From assembly GCA_963822585.1 (NCBI GenBank), contig CAWGIE010000019.1, positions 96,001 through 160,000 of the forward strand: a stretch of 64,000 nucleotides of DNA, given 5' to 3'. Made by a program: the position numbers and the translations under genes. Positions 19,404-28,131 of this stretch are shown here, piece by piece (position 1 is the first letter of the stretch; every line of letters begins with the position of its first letter). The notes under the pieces are model-generated. The model was not told the origin of the DNA, ran no database searches, and saw only the letters and a list, made by a program, of their open reading frames with translations. This stretch comes from an uncultured bacterium (GTDB lineage: Bacteria; Auribacterota; Erginobacteria; Erginobacterales; Erginobacteraceae).

Positions 19404-20915
19404 TCAGGTTGCCCGCCACGCCGCCGGTTTCTCGATCAGTGTTCCCAGCGACGCCTTGAACCGGAAAGAGCTGATGATATACTGGGTAACGGCGGCCAGG
19501 AGTCGGGTCTGGGCCTGGAGGAGTTCGCCCTCGGACTCGATCAGATCGAAGTTGTTGGCCAACCCGTGGGCAAATTTCACCCGGGACAGTTCCAGCTTCC
19601 CTTCCGCCTGGCGGATCTGATCCTCCTGGATGGAGATGGTCCGGGCCGCCTTCTTGAGGTTCCTCAGCTCCATCAGGACCTCCCGCTGGACATCGTCAAG
19701 AAGCTCGGCCAGGTTCCTTTCCTGAATCTGTACCGAGAGGAGGCTCTTCTCATACTCCGCCTTCTCCCGGGTCCGCCAGATATCGCCTTCCGCGGCCAGA
19801 CCCACCCCCCACCTCTCCCTGTCGAAGCTGGCCGACCGGCCGAAGTCCTCGTCTTCTCCATACCGCCGGTAGCTTAGTTCCAGGTCAAGAGCGGGAAGAA
19901 TGCCGTGCTCGGCGTCGCGGGATCTCCGTTTCGCTTCCTCGATGTTGTCGCGGGCCTGGTCGATCTCGACCCGGTGGGAGAGGGCGATCCTGACCGCTTC
20001 CCCCTCATCCGGATCGATCGTTTTATACTCCAGGGGGGCGGTCACCTCCATCTTCGTCTCCATGCCCAGGGCCAGGAGGATCTTCAGGTTATCAAGGGCA
20101 TCCAGGTATGACTCCCGCGAGACGGCCAGAGTCTCGCGCGCCTGATTGAGCTGGATGTCCGCCCGGTAGACATCGATGGGGGAGGCCAGGCCGATTTTCT
20201 CCTTGCTCCGGGCGGCGGCGGCGTACCCCTCCAGTCTCGCCTCCGACTCATCGTTCAGGCGGAGAATGTCCCGGAGGCGGACCACATCGTACACGTTTTG
20301 AATCGCTCGGAGCATAATATTGACCCGGGCCAGGTAGAGAGACCGCCGCGAGGTCCGTTCGGCGAACTCGGCCGACAAAACCCCGGCCAGGTTGTACTCC
20401 GGGCTCAGCCCCCGGAGCAGCGGCTGGACCAGGAAAGTATCGACCGCCGTCTCGTACTGCACCGTCCCGGTGTCGCGGCGGGTCACCCGGGGCGTGACAT
20501 ACACCCTGGTGCCGGTGGAAAATTTTTTCGAGATCCCGACGCCGAACTGCTGGCTGTCGTAGTTGTCCTGTCCGCTCTCTCCCGACGCCCGGACCAGACC
20601 GGCCGGGGTGATCTTCACCTCGAAGTCCGAATCGGCCGCCGCCAGCGTATACTGGGAGATGGCGACCGTGTCCAGGGCGTCCGCCAGGCTCCGGTTCCGC
20701 TGCAGGGCCAGTTTGATCGTCTCTTCCAGGTTCAACCGGATGGTCTCTTGGGCGACTTCCCGGTCGACCTCCCCGGATATATCGGGCGCATTCGGGACCA
20801 AACCGGCCAGCATCATCTCTCCGGGGGGATAAGCGTCTCCGGGCTCTGCTCCCGCACAGTGCGGCCAAAAGAAACAGAAATAAAGCAGAACAAGCGCTAT
20901 AGCTATTTTAATCAT
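19404..20915 (-). CDS. TolC-family outer membrane efflux protein
   Basis: Signal peptide, LNLEETIKLALQRN, QPLLRG, two OEP-like halves; upstream of the MFP/ABC genes. Confidence 0.9.
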   Translation of the reverse strand: MIKIAIALVLLYFCFFWPHCAGAEPGDAYPPGEMMLAGLVPNAPDISGEVDREVAQETIRLNLEETIKLALQRNRSLADALDTVAISQYTLAAADSDFEVKITPAGLVRASGESGQDNYDSQQFGVGISKKFSTGTRVYVTPRVTRRDTGTVQYETAVDTFLVQPLLRGLSPEYNLAGVLSAEFAERTSRRSLYLARVNIMLRAIQNVYDVVRLRDILRLNDESEARLEGYAAAARSKEKIGLASPIDVYRADIQLNQARETLAVSRESYLDALDNLKILLALGMETKMEVTAPLEYKTIDPDEGEAVRIALSHRVEIDQARDNIEEAKRRSRDAEHGILPALDLELSYRRYGEDEDFGRSASFDRERWGVGLAAEGDIWRTREKAEYEKSLLSVQIQERNLAELLDDVQREVLMELRNLKKAARTISIQEDQIRQAEGKLELSRVKFAHGLANNFDLIESEGELLQAQTRLLAAVTQYIISSFRFKASLGTLIEKPAAWRAT

Positions 20916-20937
20916 TATAGACTTTGTTTACTTTTAA

Positions 20938-21099
20938 GGTTCTCTTCCATTTTACTTGGGCGGTTATCATACTCAAAAAGTGCGGCTCATTACATTCTGG
21001 AGCTATTTTGGAGCGCATTGACCGTGTCAAGGCATGCAGCGACATGGTCGCTGCACTCCATAAGAACCATAATGTACCCACACAAAATGGAAGAGAACC
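20938..21099. mobile_element. MITE, 162 bp, same family, 8-bp target duplication ACTTTTAA
   Basis: Near-identical to 19041..19202; ACTTTTAA on both flanks. Confidence 0.88.
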
Positions 21100-21145
21100 A
21101 CTTTTAATTATCTTCACGCCCGCCGCATGGCGGGCGTGAAGATAA

Positions 21146-22339
21146 TTAAGGGCAGTAGACCGTGAACGTCCAGGCGGTTCCCGTGCCGCCGGCGCAGTTC
21201 GGCTGGACCGAGACGGTGACGTTGTTCGAGCTGCCGGAATAACTGATGTACTGCGTTCCGCTCGCTCCCACGCAACCGGTATCGAAAAGCGTCGCCCCTT
21301 CATAGGTGACGGTTATCCGGTCCTGCTGCGCGTATGTGTCGTAGTCGAACCGGAAGGTCCCCGAGGACTGCCCCATCGCGTAGGTGTGGGTCTCGGGCGC
21401 GTCGCCCCCCGCCTGGGTGGTGGTATTGCAGGGCTCCCCTCCTCCTCCGCCGTCGCCTCCCCCGCCGCCACCGCCCGCCGCGATCGCCCCTGCCGTCCCC
21501 CCGGCTACCACCACCCCTCCGATCACCCAGGGCCAGGGACCGCTCCAGAATCCCCCGCCGCCCCCCGCCGCCGGCGGCGCGGTGGGCGGCTGGCTCCAGG
21601 CCGCCTGTTCCATCGCGTCGATCGAGGCGGTCGACTCACCCGCCGCGCCCTGGGCGCTGCTCGCCACCGCCATCTGCTTCGCCTGCGCGGCGTAGTTGAG
21701 GATGTCGGGGACCTGCTCCACCGTTACCTTGTCGAAGAACCCTTCCATCTGGGCAAGTTCTTTCGGAAGCTCGGTCTTCACCCTGATCGGATTTTTGTCG
21801 TCGGCCGTCTGCCAGTCCGGTATGTCGTCCTTGTACTTGTCGATAATCTGTTTCTTGAAGGCCTGGTACTTCTCCGCCGCTTCCTGATATTGATCGAGCC
21901 GGATCTCATAGACCTCCCCCTGGTCTTTCCAGACCGCCGCCTCCCGGGTCGGCTCTTCCGCCAAGGTATAGAGCGGGCTCCGGGTCACCTTCTTCGAGTT
22001 GTTGATGACCACGAAGAGGTACTCCACGTTCTCGGAGTTGACCCAGGGAGCCGGGAGTTGGGCCTGATAAACGCCGTTCCCCATGTCGGTCATATCCACG
22101 AAGACATAGTTCTTGTCATTCTTGGTCTTGAAGTAGCAGCGGGCCAGGCGCACCCCGGCATCATCCTCTATATCGGCGTAGAGGTTGACCCGGAAACCCG
22201 GGTAATAATCCCCCGGCGGGGAGTGGTCAATCTCCGAGGGACCCGGCTCGGCCGCCAGAACCAACAGGTGGCAGGGGGCGAAGAGAAAACCGGAGAGCAC
22301 AACCGCCAGCACCTTCACTTGCAGTGGAAACTTTTTCAT
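21146..22339 (-). CDS. Secreted/membrane hypothetical protein with a Gly-rich linker and a Cys-containing C-terminal beta domain
   Basis: RBS AGGAGG, signal peptide MKKFPLQ..., hydrophobic WPWVIGGVVVAGG, poly-Gly, and a C-terminal domain ending WTFTVYCP. Confidence 0.75.
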   Translation of the reverse strand: MKKFPLQVKVLAVVLSGFLFAPCHLLVLAAEPGPSEIDHSPPGDYYPGFRVNLYADIEDDAGVRLARCYFKTKNDKNYVFVDMTDMGNGVYQAQLPAPWVNSENVEYLFVVINNSKKVTRSPLYTLAEEPTREAAVWKDQGEVYEIRLDQYQEAAEKYQAFKKQIIDKYKDDIPDWQTADDKNPIRVKTELPKELAQMEGFFDKVTVEQVPDILNYAAQAKQMAVASSAQGAAGESTASIDAMEQAAWSQPPTAPPAAGGGGGFWSGPWPWVIGGVVVAGGTAGAIAAGGGGGGGDGGGGGEPCNTTTQAGGDAPETHTYAMGQSSGTFRFDYDTYAQQDRITVTYEGATLFDTGCVGASGTQYISYSGSSNNVTVSVQPNCAGGTGTAWTFTVYCP

Positions 22340-22463
22340 ACCGCAACCTCCTTTCGCATCATCAGACGCGGTTAAAAAAGTTGTATTACAACTTCCTTCG
22401 TGTTCGGAGTCGGCCCCGCGATGAACGAAGTTCATTTTGCGGGGTGTCCTTCGCGGTTAATAA

Positions 22464-23192
22464 TCATTCGAAGTGTTTGAAGTGCTGCCGCGGTATTGTC
22501 TTGCAGAGAGTGATGACCGCCCGGTAGATGCAGTCCCGGATCGCCAGCTCCAGGGGCGTTTTGGCGAACGCCTTCAGCTCCACCGGCAGTTCCCCGTAGC
22601 CCGAGCCGAATTCCCCCTTCCCGCCGTGGGCCGTCCCTTCGACCGTGCTGGCCGCGATCACCCTGCCCGTGGCCGAATCGACCACCCGGATCTCGATCGT
22701 CACCGTGTCCGCCTTGTAGGTGCCGCCCATCTTCAGCGGCACGGCGGGAAGCTTGAAATAGAGGCCGCCTCCCGTTGTCTTGATGGCGATCACCGCACCG
22801 TAAACCATGATCTCGGCCGGGTCCATGTTGCTCTGGGCCAGGATGGCGTCCGGATCGGAAAGAAAGGAGTCGGAAAGGAGCTGCTCGGCGGTGATCCCGT
22901 CCATGTCCGACCGGTCGACCACGATGAAATAGTTGGACTCGAAGAGCGCCGTCATCAGCATGGCGCGGAGCCCGTCCCCGATCTCCCCCGGGGCGCCCCG
23001 AACCTCGACCGTGAACCGTCCGATCCCCACCACCGCCTTCGGCCCCCGGTATGCCTTCCCGATCGGTATATCCTCGTAATCATCGTCATCATCCCCGAAA
23101 ACCGGGGGAGAAACGATAAACACTAATATTGCCACAACGATGACAGATACCCATGTCCCCGGAATATCAATTATTTTTGTCCGGAATCTCAT
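22464..23192 (-). CDS. CsgG/HfaB-family protein (paralogue B)
   Basis: LMTALFESNYFIVVDRSDM and IEIRVVDSATGRVIAA; signal peptide, no clear lipobox. Confidence 0.8.
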   Translation of the reverse strand: MRFRTKIIDIPGTWVSVIVVAILVFIVSPPVFGDDDDDYEDIPIGKAYRGPKAVVGIGRFTVEVRGAPGEIGDGLRAMLMTALFESNYFIVVDRSDMDGITAEQLLSDSFLSDPDAILAQSNMDPAEIMVYGAVIAIKTTGGGLYFKLPAVPLKMGGTYKADTVTIEIRVVDSATGRVIAASTVEGTAHGGKGEFGSGYGELPVELKAFAKTPLELAIRDCIYRAVITLCKTIPRQHFKHFE

Positions 23193-23383
23193 AATTGAAA
23201 CACGCTAATCAAAACCACGAAGGACACGAGCCGAATGTAGTGAGACGGGCCCCGCTTTAGCGGGGCAAGGAGCGAAGCGACTGACCAACATCACGAAGAT
23301 TTCTAAGATGAAATGGAACCTGTTATTCTCTCAATATTCTTCGTGTCCTTCGTGGTTAATTACGTTCTTGCCGATACTGAATT

Positions 23384-24211
23384 CTATTCCACCCGGATCG
23401 CCCACTTCATTGGGTCCAACAATCCCTGCCGATCGGCATCGATCTGGAGAAAGAGAACCCCGTTTCTCAAGGTACCGGAAACGTTCCGGCGGAACCGGCT
23501 CTCCCCGGATTCGTCCCTGACCGTGTCCCGGCATTCCCCGCTCAGCGTCCCCCCTTTCTCGTCACCCCGGAAGCTCCCGCTGATCGCGGCCCGGACCTCG
23601 ACCGGGGGGGAGAAGCAGCAGCTCCGGTTTGACTGGGGGCAATCCCTGTTCGACTTCCCATCGGCATCAAGCCGGAAACTCCCTCCCGCGATCTCGACCG
23701 TGACCGTGGCTTTCAAGTCGATGTTGCAGTAGACGACTTGTTCGCTGCCGGTCAGTTCCCCGGACGGAGCGGCGGGACCGCTGCCGCCTTTGTTCTTCTC
23801 TTCGTTCGAGGTCTGTTTACCCGGCGATGATCCCCCGCCGGAGGAAGATTCCCCTCCCGGGGGCGGATTTACTCCTGCCGGCGGTTTATTATAGGCGCCG
23901 GGGTCGTCCCGGATATTTTTCAGGTGCTCTTCGAACGCCTCCCGCGGTGCGAGGTGGTCTATCCTGTCGGCGGCGTCATCCAGAGCGGTGGCGGAGCGGT
24001 CCCGTTGGGCCTGCTCCCGGTCGGCGCTCCGCCCGCTCAACATCTCCAGTATCCGCTGCGACTTCTCGCTGGCGAAGGGGTTGATTTCACCGGGGTTCCC
24101 CCGTTGAGCGGACACGGGGGTGGGCTCTTTCACCGGGGGCGCTATACCCTGGGCAAAGACGCTGGCACCCCAGACAAATAACCCTGCTCCCAGAAGCGCA
24201 AGCCTTCTCAT
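23384..24211 (-). CDS. Secreted hypothetical protein
   Basis: Signal peptide ending VFA-Q, a low-complexity linker and a Cys-containing C-terminal domain; co-oriented within the locus. Confidence 0.65.
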   Translation of the reverse strand: MRRLALLGAGLFVWGASVFAQGIAPPVKEPTPVSAQRGNPGEINPFASEKSQRILEMLSGRSADREQAQRDRSATALDDAADRIDHLAPREAFEEHLKNIRDDPGAYNKPPAGVNPPPGGESSSGGGSSPGKQTSNEEKNKGGSGPAAPSGELTGSEQVVYCNIDLKATVTVEIAGGSFRLDADGKSNRDCPQSNRSCCFSPPVEVRAAISGSFRGDEKGGTLSGECRDTVRDESGESRFRRNVSGTLRNGVLFLQIDADRQGLLDPMKWAIRVE

Positions 24212-24223
24212 TTCACCACGGGA

Positions 24224-26056
24224 TCATTGCCCCCCGTAGGTTATGCTCATGTCCGCTTTCTGGCCCGATTTGATCGAATAAACCTGGACCGGCTTGCCCG
24301 TGGTCACGTCCGAGAACTGGACCGAGGCCGTGTTCGGCGAGATGCTCCCCTCGTTCACTGCCCGCACGCCGAAGACCGCGCTGCTGTCGTTGATCTCGAT
24401 TGTCATCGACTGTGGCGCCTTGGTGAGCACGATACCTCCCCGGAGCACCTGCCCGTTCAGCGTGATGTCGATGATGTCCCCGTCTTCCGTCCCGTGGTCC
24501 CAGAAGGTCACCGTGATCGTCCGCTTGCTCACCGTCACGTTGGTGAGGCCCGACGACGGCTGGAAGGGCGTCTTCGCCGGCTGGGGCGGCGTGGCCGGCG
24601 GCGGGGTCTTCGCCGGCGCCGCCGTTGGCCCCGCCTTGGCGGTCGGAACCGGCGTCGCCGGAGGCGGCGGTGTCGTCCGCACCCACTGGATCGTGCTCCG
24701 GATGCTGCTTACCAGCGTCCCCTGGGTGTACGTCCGGGGGCCCCGGGCGATCACCGAATCGCCGTCGGTATTGCCCTGGGTGACAACATTGTCGGTACGG
24801 TTCTGCTCGTTATTCGTCACGTCGTCTATGTATCCCTGGCTGCCGGGCTCTGCGAACGGGTTCTCGTTCGACGGAGGTGTCGCCGAGGGGGGCTCAGGAG
24901 TCGCCGGGATCGGGGTTGTCGGAGGAGGGGTGGCCGGGATCGGGGTAGCGGCCGGAATCGGCGGTGTCGAGGTCAGCCATCCTACCTGTGGCGTCGGTCC
25001 TCCGGCAGGCGTCGGTCCGGCCGGGGGAGGTGCCGGGGTTATGGTCGCCGGAGGAAGGGGCGTTGTCGGCGGCGGGGTCGGCGGAATCGTGGGTGGAGGA
25101 GTAGGCGCTATCGTCGGCGGCGGTGTGGGAGGAACGGTCGGTGGAGGAGTAGGGGGAATCGTGGGCGGCGGTGTGGGAGGAACGGTCGGGGGGGGAGTCG
25201 GTGGAACCGTGGGCGGTGGGGTCGGGGGCGCAGTCGGAGGTATGGTCGGCGGGGGCGGAGGCGCTGTGGGTGCGGAGCCGGGTGCCGGCCGGGTCGGACG
25301 CGGGCGCGGGGTCCGGGCCGGAGGGGCCGTCGGGCGAGGCGTGGCCGTCGGAATCGGCGTGCAGCCGCAGCAGTAGAGGTTGCCCCCATAGCGGCTCAGC
25401 TTGCTCATCGAAGAATCGGCCGCCTCCCAGTTCACGTACGGCCCTCCCAGGGTCGGGTCCACCTCCCAGCCCTCCCGGGCGCCGATACCGGTCACCCAGG
25501 CCGTTCCGGAGGCGTCGATATAGGCCCGCGCGTTGGCTCCGGTCACGTCCACCAGGTAGAACTCATAGCAGTTGGGGCGGCCGGCGAACTCGGGTTTGCG
25601 GAGGATCACGTACTTGGTCCCGCCGGGGCCGAGGGCGCCTACGGTGGTCTGGGGGCCGAGCGGGATTCGGGGCGGCAGTGTCACGGGAGGGGAGTCGGGG
25701 AAGCACCCGTAAAAATCCTTCCCGTAGGGTGAAAGGAAGTTCATAAAGGAGTCAGCCGCTTCCCAGTTGACAAAAAGGCCGACGCCGGGCGGGTGGGCGT
25801 TCGGGTCCACTGCCCACCCCTGGCTGGTGGCGTAAGCGGTGGCAGTGGCGGTGGCGGCGTCGCCGGAGCACATCTTCGTGGGGCCGGTATTAGTACAGTC
25901 GGCCAGGAAGAACTCATAGCAGGGGGCGCCTCCGAAAGCCGGAATGGGTCGGCGGAGGATGCAGTACCGGGGCACCTGCGCGTGGACAGCGGTGGTGAAA
26001 ACAGCGATGATGGCGAGCAACAATATTGCTATGGGGAGACAGTGCCGTCTATGCAT
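24224..26056 (-). CDS. Secreted Pro/Thr-rich protein with a duplicated Cys-containing N-terminal domain
   Basis: Signal peptide AVHA-Q; two copies of YxILRxP..CYEF..GWxVDP..VNWEAADS; PPTPPPTV repeats; C-terminal WDHGTEDGD...NEGSISPNTA domain. Confidence 0.8.
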   Translation of the reverse strand: MHRRHCLPIAILLLAIIAVFTTAVHAQVPRYCILRRPIPAFGGAPCYEFFLADCTNTGPTKMCSGDAATATATAYATSQGWAVDPNAHPPGVGLFVNWEAADSFMNFLSPYGKDFYGCFPDSPPVTLPPRIPLGPQTTVGALGPGGTKYVILRKPEFAGRPNCYEFYLVDVTGANARAYIDASGTAWVTGIGAREGWEVDPTLGGPYVNWEAADSSMSKLSRYGGNLYCCGCTPIPTATPRPTAPPARTPRPRPTRPAPGSAPTAPPPPPTIPPTAPPTPPPTVPPTPPPTVPPTPPPTIPPTPPPTVPPTPPPTIAPTPPPTIPPTPPPTTPLPPATITPAPPPAGPTPAGGPTPQVGWLTSTPPIPAATPIPATPPPTTPIPATPEPPSATPPSNENPFAEPGSQGYIDDVTNNEQNRTDNVVTQGNTDGDSVIARGPRTYTQGTLVSSIRSTIQWVRTTPPPPATPVPTAKAGPTAAPAKTPPPATPPQPAKTPFQPSSGLTNVTVSKRTITVTFWDHGTEDGDIIDITLNGQVLRGGIVLTKAPQSMTIEINDSSAVFGVRAVNEGSISPNTASVQFSDVTTGKPVQVYSIKSGQKADMSITYGGQ

Positions 26057-26230
26057 AATGCCCTCCTTTTAGTAATTAACCACGAAGATCACCCCCAAAC
26101 GGTTATCCTGCGGGTCGGAGCAAGGACACGAAGAATAATTAATAAAATTACGATTCAGCTCGTTTTTGACAAATCTTCGTGATCACAGTCTACCCCGAAG
26201 AATGCGGGGTGACCTTCGTGGTTCTCTTCA

Positions 26231-26962
26231 TTAATATTTGAAATAGCGGGCCGGAATGTATTCGGTCATGTAAATGACCGAGCGGTAAATACAGTCGCGG
26301 ATCGCCAGCTCCATCGGGGTGTTGGCATAAGCCCCCAGGCTGATCGGGGTTTCCGACGTCCCCCCTCCCACCTTGAAGCCGCCGGTCGCCTGGCCGGAAG
26401 CGGCGTCGCCCTTGATCCGCCGGGCCGCCACCAACCGCCCGGTGGCGGCGTCCACCACCCGGACGTCGATCGCCATGTGGGCGACCTTCCCATCCACGCC
26501 GGCCGTAGCCGGCATCTTGTCCATCTCCGCCTGAACGCCGGCCCCCATCGCTTCGTCCTCGAACTCGCTCACCGTTCCATAGACGAGAAGCTCGGCCACG
26601 TCCAGCTGACGGCCCAGCTTGGGGGCGTCGGGGCGGGCCAGCTTGGTGTAGCTGAGTTTCTGCTCGGCGGTCAGGCCGCTCATGTCCAGCCGGTCGAGAA
26701 CGTTGAACCGTTTCGACTCGAAGAGCGCCGTCTCCATCATTTCCCGCAGGGCGTCGCCGATCCAGAGGGTGGCGCCCCGGGCCTTGACGGTAAAATCACC
26801 CACCGCGACATTGGCCCGGCCGCCCTCGTACTTCATGTCCAGATGATCGGGGACGGGCTCATCCTCGGCAAAGGTGGTTATCTTCCCGGAAGAGCACCCG
26901 CCGAGGATCAGCAAAGAACCGAGAAGAGCGGACCATGATACGGAGCAATAAACACGTTTCAT
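26231..26962 (-). CDS. CsgG/HfaB-family lipoprotein (paralogue A)
   Basis: Lipobox LGGC, VAVGDF, ETALFESKRFNVLDR and IDVRVVDAATGRLVAA; RBS AGGAG. Confidence 0.83.
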   Translation of the reverse strand: MKRVYCSVSWSALLGSLLILGGCSSGKITTFAEDEPVPDHLDMKYEGGRANVAVGDFTVKARGATLWIGDALREMMETALFESKRFNVLDRLDMSGLTAEQKLSYTKLARPDAPKLGRQLDVAELLVYGTVSEFEDEAMGAGVQAEMDKMPATAGVDGKVAHMAIDVRVVDAATGRLVAARRIKGDAASGQATGGFKVGGGTSETPISLGAYANTPMELAIRDCIYRSVIYMTEYIPARYFKY

Positions 26963-27419
26963 CACCAGCACTCCTTTTTAAATGATCTCCCCCCTCCACC
27001 TGCCAGCGGCGGATCCGTTTGGTCATCAGCCGCCAGTAGTTCCGGGGGAGGAACCGGTTGGAATAGTACGGTACGGGATACGGGGGGTAATAGAGGGGTG
27101 CGCAGAGTTCCGGCGGCGGGAGACGGTCCCTGTTTTTCGGGTCATCGAGCCAGCGGAGAAGTCTCTTCAGGTCCCGCGAGAGATAGCTTCCCCGGTAATA
27201 GCGGCGGCAGTTAAGCGCCCAGATATCGAGGGACCGGCGGAGGGCCGCGGCATCCTCCTGTCTCTGTTCCCTCTCGACGAAGGTCTTGATAACCTCTCGT
27301 CCGGCTTCACCCGGATAATCGTCTTCGGGAGCCGCAGCGGGGGTGAAAGAAAAATCGGCCGCCAGAATAGAGATCGCCCCAACGGCCGGAATCAGAATTC
27401 CCTTCAGCATTCCTGACAT
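26859..27419 (-). CDS. Hypothetical exported protein
   Basis: Hydrophobic N-terminus; first gene of the locus. Its 3' end overlaps the CsgG-like gene, and one G fewer in the G6 run near 26990 would stop it at the RBS of that gene, so the end is uncertain. Confidence 0.5.
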   Translation of the reverse strand: MSGMLKGILIPAVGAISILAADFSFTPAAAPEDDYPGEAGREVIKTFVEREQRQEDAAALRRSLDIWALNCRRYYRGSYLSRDLKRLLRWLDDPKNRDRLPPPELCAPLYYPPYPVPYYSNRFLPRNYWRLMTKRIRRWQVEGGDHLKRSAGDETCLLLRIMVRSSRFFADPRRVLFREDNHLCRG

Positions 27420-27597
27420 GGCGGTCGTCCTTTCGGCAGCGTGCCGGTTGATATTAATCAGTTCCCGGCTTTAAAGAAAGGGGGAAAGACTGATTTTTAA
27501 ATATTATCGCTTGAACCACACCGGTATTTGTACAATAATAAATAAATGAATTCCCGCTTTACGCTGAACGCGAAGCTTAAATAATAAGGAGATTGAT

Positions 27598-28119
27598 ATG
27601 AGACTGTCAAGAATATTTTACGGACTGGTTTTCCCGGCTGTCATCGCCGGCTGCGCGTCACCCCAGTTCACCTTCGACCGGCATTCGGAAGAGCTGGAGG
27701 ACATCGCCGTCAAGATGGAGGGTTTGGAGATCAGCCCCAGGGACAAGAATACCATCGACGGCGCCCAGGTTTACATTAAAAACCAGGCCGCCGAGACCAT
27801 ACTGATCGAATGGGCCCGTTCCTCCATCGCCATCGGGACCTATTCCACCATTCCCTTCCTGGAGGGTATGAAATACATGCGGGCGGGGGATCCGGAAAAG
27901 CTTCCCGAGACCCCGATCTACCCGGGAGGGGTCATCGCCCGCAAGATCTATTTCAGCCGGATGGAAGGAGAAGGCGAGGAAGACGAAGATTATCAGATCG
28001 TCGGCGCTGAGTTCCGGGAAGGTGAGCCGCAGGTCTTCGCCCTGACCCTGGCCGTGAAAAAGGGAGACACCCCTTTCCGCTTTTTCACCTTTAAGAAGAA
28101 GATAACCTTCCAGAAGTGA
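27598..28119 (+). CDS. Hypothetical lipoprotein
   Basis: RBS AAGGAG and lipobox IAGC. Confidence 0.7.
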   Translation: MRLSRIFYGLVFPAVIAGCASPQFTFDRHSEELEDIAVKMEGLEISPRDKNTIDGAQVYIKNQAAETILIEWARSSIAIGTYSTIPFLEGMKYMRAGDPEKLPETPIYPGGVIARKIYFSRMEGEGEEDEDYQIVGAEFREGEPQVFALTLAVKKGDTPFRFFTFKKKITFQK

Positions 28120-28131
28120 GACGGCCGGATC

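Noticed and set aside
22464..26962. Canonical curli operon
   Set aside because: No curlin-repeat CsgA/B and no CsgE/F are recognisable, so no csgG symbol was assigned.
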